Assembly (NCBI GenBank): GCA_036785375.1
Contig: JAWMAR010000010.1
Coordinates: forward strand, 9,362,001-9,426,000
Length of the DNA stretch: 64,000 nucleotides
Direction: 5' to 3'
Source of the DNA: Leucoraja ocellata
Lineage: Eukaryota
Shown here: positions 60,986 through 64,000 of the stretch, one piece after another
Layout of the letters: every line of letters begins with the position of its first letter
Numbering within the stretch: the first letter of the stretch is position 1
Translations under genes and position numbers: made by a program
The notes under the pieces: generated by a model
Told to the model about the DNA's origin: nothing
Seen by the model: the letters and a program-made list of their open reading frames with translations, nothing else
Databases searched by the model: none

Positions 60986-63900
60986 CTTCTATCTTATACA
61001 TTTAACTATTGTCACACCCTCATCCCTCCCCATTGAGCTTCTTCCAATTATAACATAAAACATTCCCATGATAGTAGCAGCAGCAGCAGCAGCAGCCGCA
61101 GCAGCCGCAGCAGCAGCAGCAACCGCAACCGCCGCTGCCGCCAGCAACCACCATTGTCTGCAGCCTAGCGGGCCCGTTAAAACCCGCTGAAAGTGTCATT
61201 GTTTGTCCTGTGAATAATTATTGAAATCGGGATAAGCGTGAGTGACATTTATCCTACTTCAGAATTCCAAAAGTGAGGAGAAATGACGGTAGATAGAAGC
61301 GGGAGCTGAAGGGACAACAACAGCCAGAGTGCTTGACGAACACTGCCCGTTTGCTCACTGCATTTAATCTACTAAGGCATTATTTGAGTTTTTTCTTGAT
61401 TCCTTTGGCATCTAAAAAGTTTCAGATGTGATAAATCTGGCTGTAATTTTTTTTAATCGCCCATGGTTCCCAAGTGGGTTTTTACATACAAAATGAAAAC
61501 GCATCTGAAGAAAAATTTACAGCCAGATTTATCACCTGAGATTTTTTAGATACCAAAGGAATCAAGAAAAAACACAAATAATGCCTTACTTGATGAAATG
61601 CAGTGAGCAAACGCGATAATTGTCAATATTTTAAATTCCGATATCTGCACAGCCAAGCACTTTTGTTGTTGTCCCTTCAGCTCTCGCTTCTCGATACCTT
61701 CATTTTGCTTCACTTTTGGAATTCTAAAGTTGGGTACATGTCTCTCACACTTTTTTCAGCGCAAAAAATCTACATTATGGCGGTATTTATCAGGTAGGAA
61801 AGTACGCGTTTCTAGCATTAATAACATATACCGGAAGTGACGGATGTCTTCCAGATGCATTGATCGGCTACGAGCGTGAGGCCCTTTGACCCGGTGACCT
61901 TACGTGCAACCCCCCTGTAAACCTTTCAAAACAACCTAAGGTCCAAAAACACAAAGCACATAGTGTTGTTCTTTCAATTTTGCCACGGAAAGTAGTTCCA
62001 ATCACTATTCAAATTACTCTGGGTCCAATAACTGTAGTCGCCGTTACCCTGATAGTGCGCTGAATGGGCCAAATACAATCAAACGAGACAAGTCCATGAT
62101 ACCCAACCAGTGGGATGAGTAGACTGCGTCGCTTTGTGTCTCCGTGTGAACCATTCTTATTTGGGGAGCGATATTCCCTCACGGCCCGCCTTGAAAAGCC
62201 GCACCAACGTCCAAGTGAAAGTATACCCAAGATGGGTACAAGGCAAATCGATCTGAATTAATTTACTATCCGTTGATGTAATGTGATCCCAGCTAATTCC
62301 CGATGTTGACGATTAATTCTTAATGTCTATCCTTGTCTCTTGCCCGTTCTAGACTCCATACCCAGAATTATACCCACGTACTTTGCTGGTCTCTCTGACG
62401 GTGCTGGCTGCATCAGGTGCACTCTCGTTGCTTTGAACCATTTTTCGGAATTTTCGACAGACATATACCAATATATTATGATATTGCTTAGTGCTTGGTG
62501 GAGCAGACAGTTCGTCACGCCGACCTATTTGGCGAAGATAGTCACTGCATAAGGGGAGGTTGCGAAAAGCTTCTCCTGGAACTTTGGCACAGGGAGGTTT
62601 CACGGCAGTCGGGTCACGACCCATGACCCGTACTGTTGCTACGCTACTCCAAATGGATTACACGCGATGAACTGCAGGTAGGCACTTACCATTGGTTCCA
62701 GCGGAGCGGGCCCGTTAAAACCCGCTGAAATTGTCATTTTTTGCGCTGTAAATAATTATGGAAATCGGGATAAGCGTGTGAGACATTTAGCCTACTTCAG
62801 AAATCCAAGGAATTCCAAAGGAATCAAGAAAAACACAAATAATGCCTTGTTAAAATGCAGTGAGCAAACGCGATAATTCCCAATATTTGAATGTTTACCA
62901 AGCACTTTAGCTGCTGTAGTCCCTTCAGTTCTCGTTTCTCTATCCTTCATTTCGCTTCGCGTTTGGAATTATAAAGTTGGGTACATGTCTCTCACACTTA
63001 CTCCCACAATTTTTTTCAGCGCAAAAATTCAACATTTTGGCGGTTTTTAACAGGTAGGAAAGTACGCGTTTCTAGCATTAATAACATATACGGGAAGTGA
63101 CTGATGTCTTCCAGTTGGATTTAGCGGATCCGTGCGTCGAGCCCTATGATCCGGTGACCTTACGTGCAACCCCCCTAAACAAATGCACTCAAATATATAT
63201 GACCTTAACGTCATCGGCCAACCGAGCGCGCAATGGCCGCATAATCGAAGTGATTCCTATTCTACCAGCCAGTGGCGATTTGAGAGAAATCATCTTTCGG
63301 GAAATGGTGGAGCACGAAGAAATACGAGCGCGCATTTAGCGTAAGGTGCTGGTTCCTTCGAGAAACGAACATAGCAAAACAGGTTCGGCTTTATGAAGTT
63401 CCGCTTTTATTTGTGATTTAACAGAAAACACATTACGGAGAAGCTTTTAAAAACATAACACGAAGTGGTCAAAACAACTGAATTCCACACGAGAACGTGT
63501 ACACTCAACATTTAGCTCGAGAGTCGAAGGTTAGCTCTGAATTAAGGAAACGACAATTGTGCAGAAAAGGAGTAAATAGATATTTGCTGATACGTGGAAT
63601 GTGCGCACGCGTTTGTATTTTCGAGTATGTATTTACACATGCATTTACATTACATTTTATTTACGGGACTTCGGTTAGGCCGCACTTGGAGTATAGTGTG
63701 GAGGGAATAATGTGGAGGCTTTGGAGAAGATGCAGAAGAGGTTTACTAAAATGCTGCAGGGTTTAGAGTTATTAGCAAAAAAGAAGTGGTTAGCTAAACA
63801 TGGATTGTTTTCTTTGGAGCATCGGAGGTTGAAGGAAGACCCGATAGAAGTGTTTAGAATAATGACAGGGATAGATAGTGTGTCTGAATTTAACATGAAG

Positions 63901-64000
63901 TTTGCGACCTCACGCAAACAGCGTTCCCGACACTCTATACAACGGCATTCAACACCGGAATGACTCGAATATGGCCCATGTAAATAAAAAGAATAGAAAA

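Larger units (their letters stand above)
33308..64000 (+). repeat. Tandem segmental duplication, copy B (runs off the window end)
   Basis: Offset is +33307 at the start and grows to ~+38970 at the end, mainly because B contains a ~5.65 kb block absent from A. Confidence 0.95.

Noticed and set aside
1-64000. Duplication as a false tandem of two haplotypes
   Set aside because: Considered less likely: percent-level divergence, many reciprocal indels, and Ig exons colinear across the two gaps at 28248 and 29107. It is not excluded without read-depth or long-read data.

Overview
Vertebrate genomic DNA, almost certainly from a cartilaginous fish and probably a skate or ray (inferred from the CR1/HER1-type LINE tails and the IgM tailpiece sequence). 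The window holds two diverged tandem copies of a ~33-39 kb cassette: copy A runs from before base 1 to ~33307, and copy B from ~33308 past the window end. Each copy carries an intact two-exon orphan class A GPCR gene of the GPR139/GPR142-like type (1248-1314 + 4122-5029; 34556-34622 + 37406-38313; 324 aa each). The two receptors differ at 15 residues, many of them on the extracellular face. Between the receptor genes, on the opposite strand, is a disabled immunoglobulin mu heavy-chain remnant: a Cmu4 exon with secretory tail and a TM1 exon, phase-compatible, with the core Trp changed to TGA and no V/D/J or CH1-3 visible. The ORF track shows it only as fragments. The rest is nested repeats: CR1, L2/Crack, Tx1, RTE and Rex1 LINEs, ERV pol, Penelope-type remnants carrying hammerhead-ribozyme cores, hAT and Harbinger-type MITEs, and two satellites attached to a Helitron-like terminus. 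There are three N gaps. The most interesting candidate system is a co-amplified GPR139-like receptor / IgH cassette whose receptor promoter is rich in C/EBP-type motifs. All alignments and counts were done by eye; no database searches were run.
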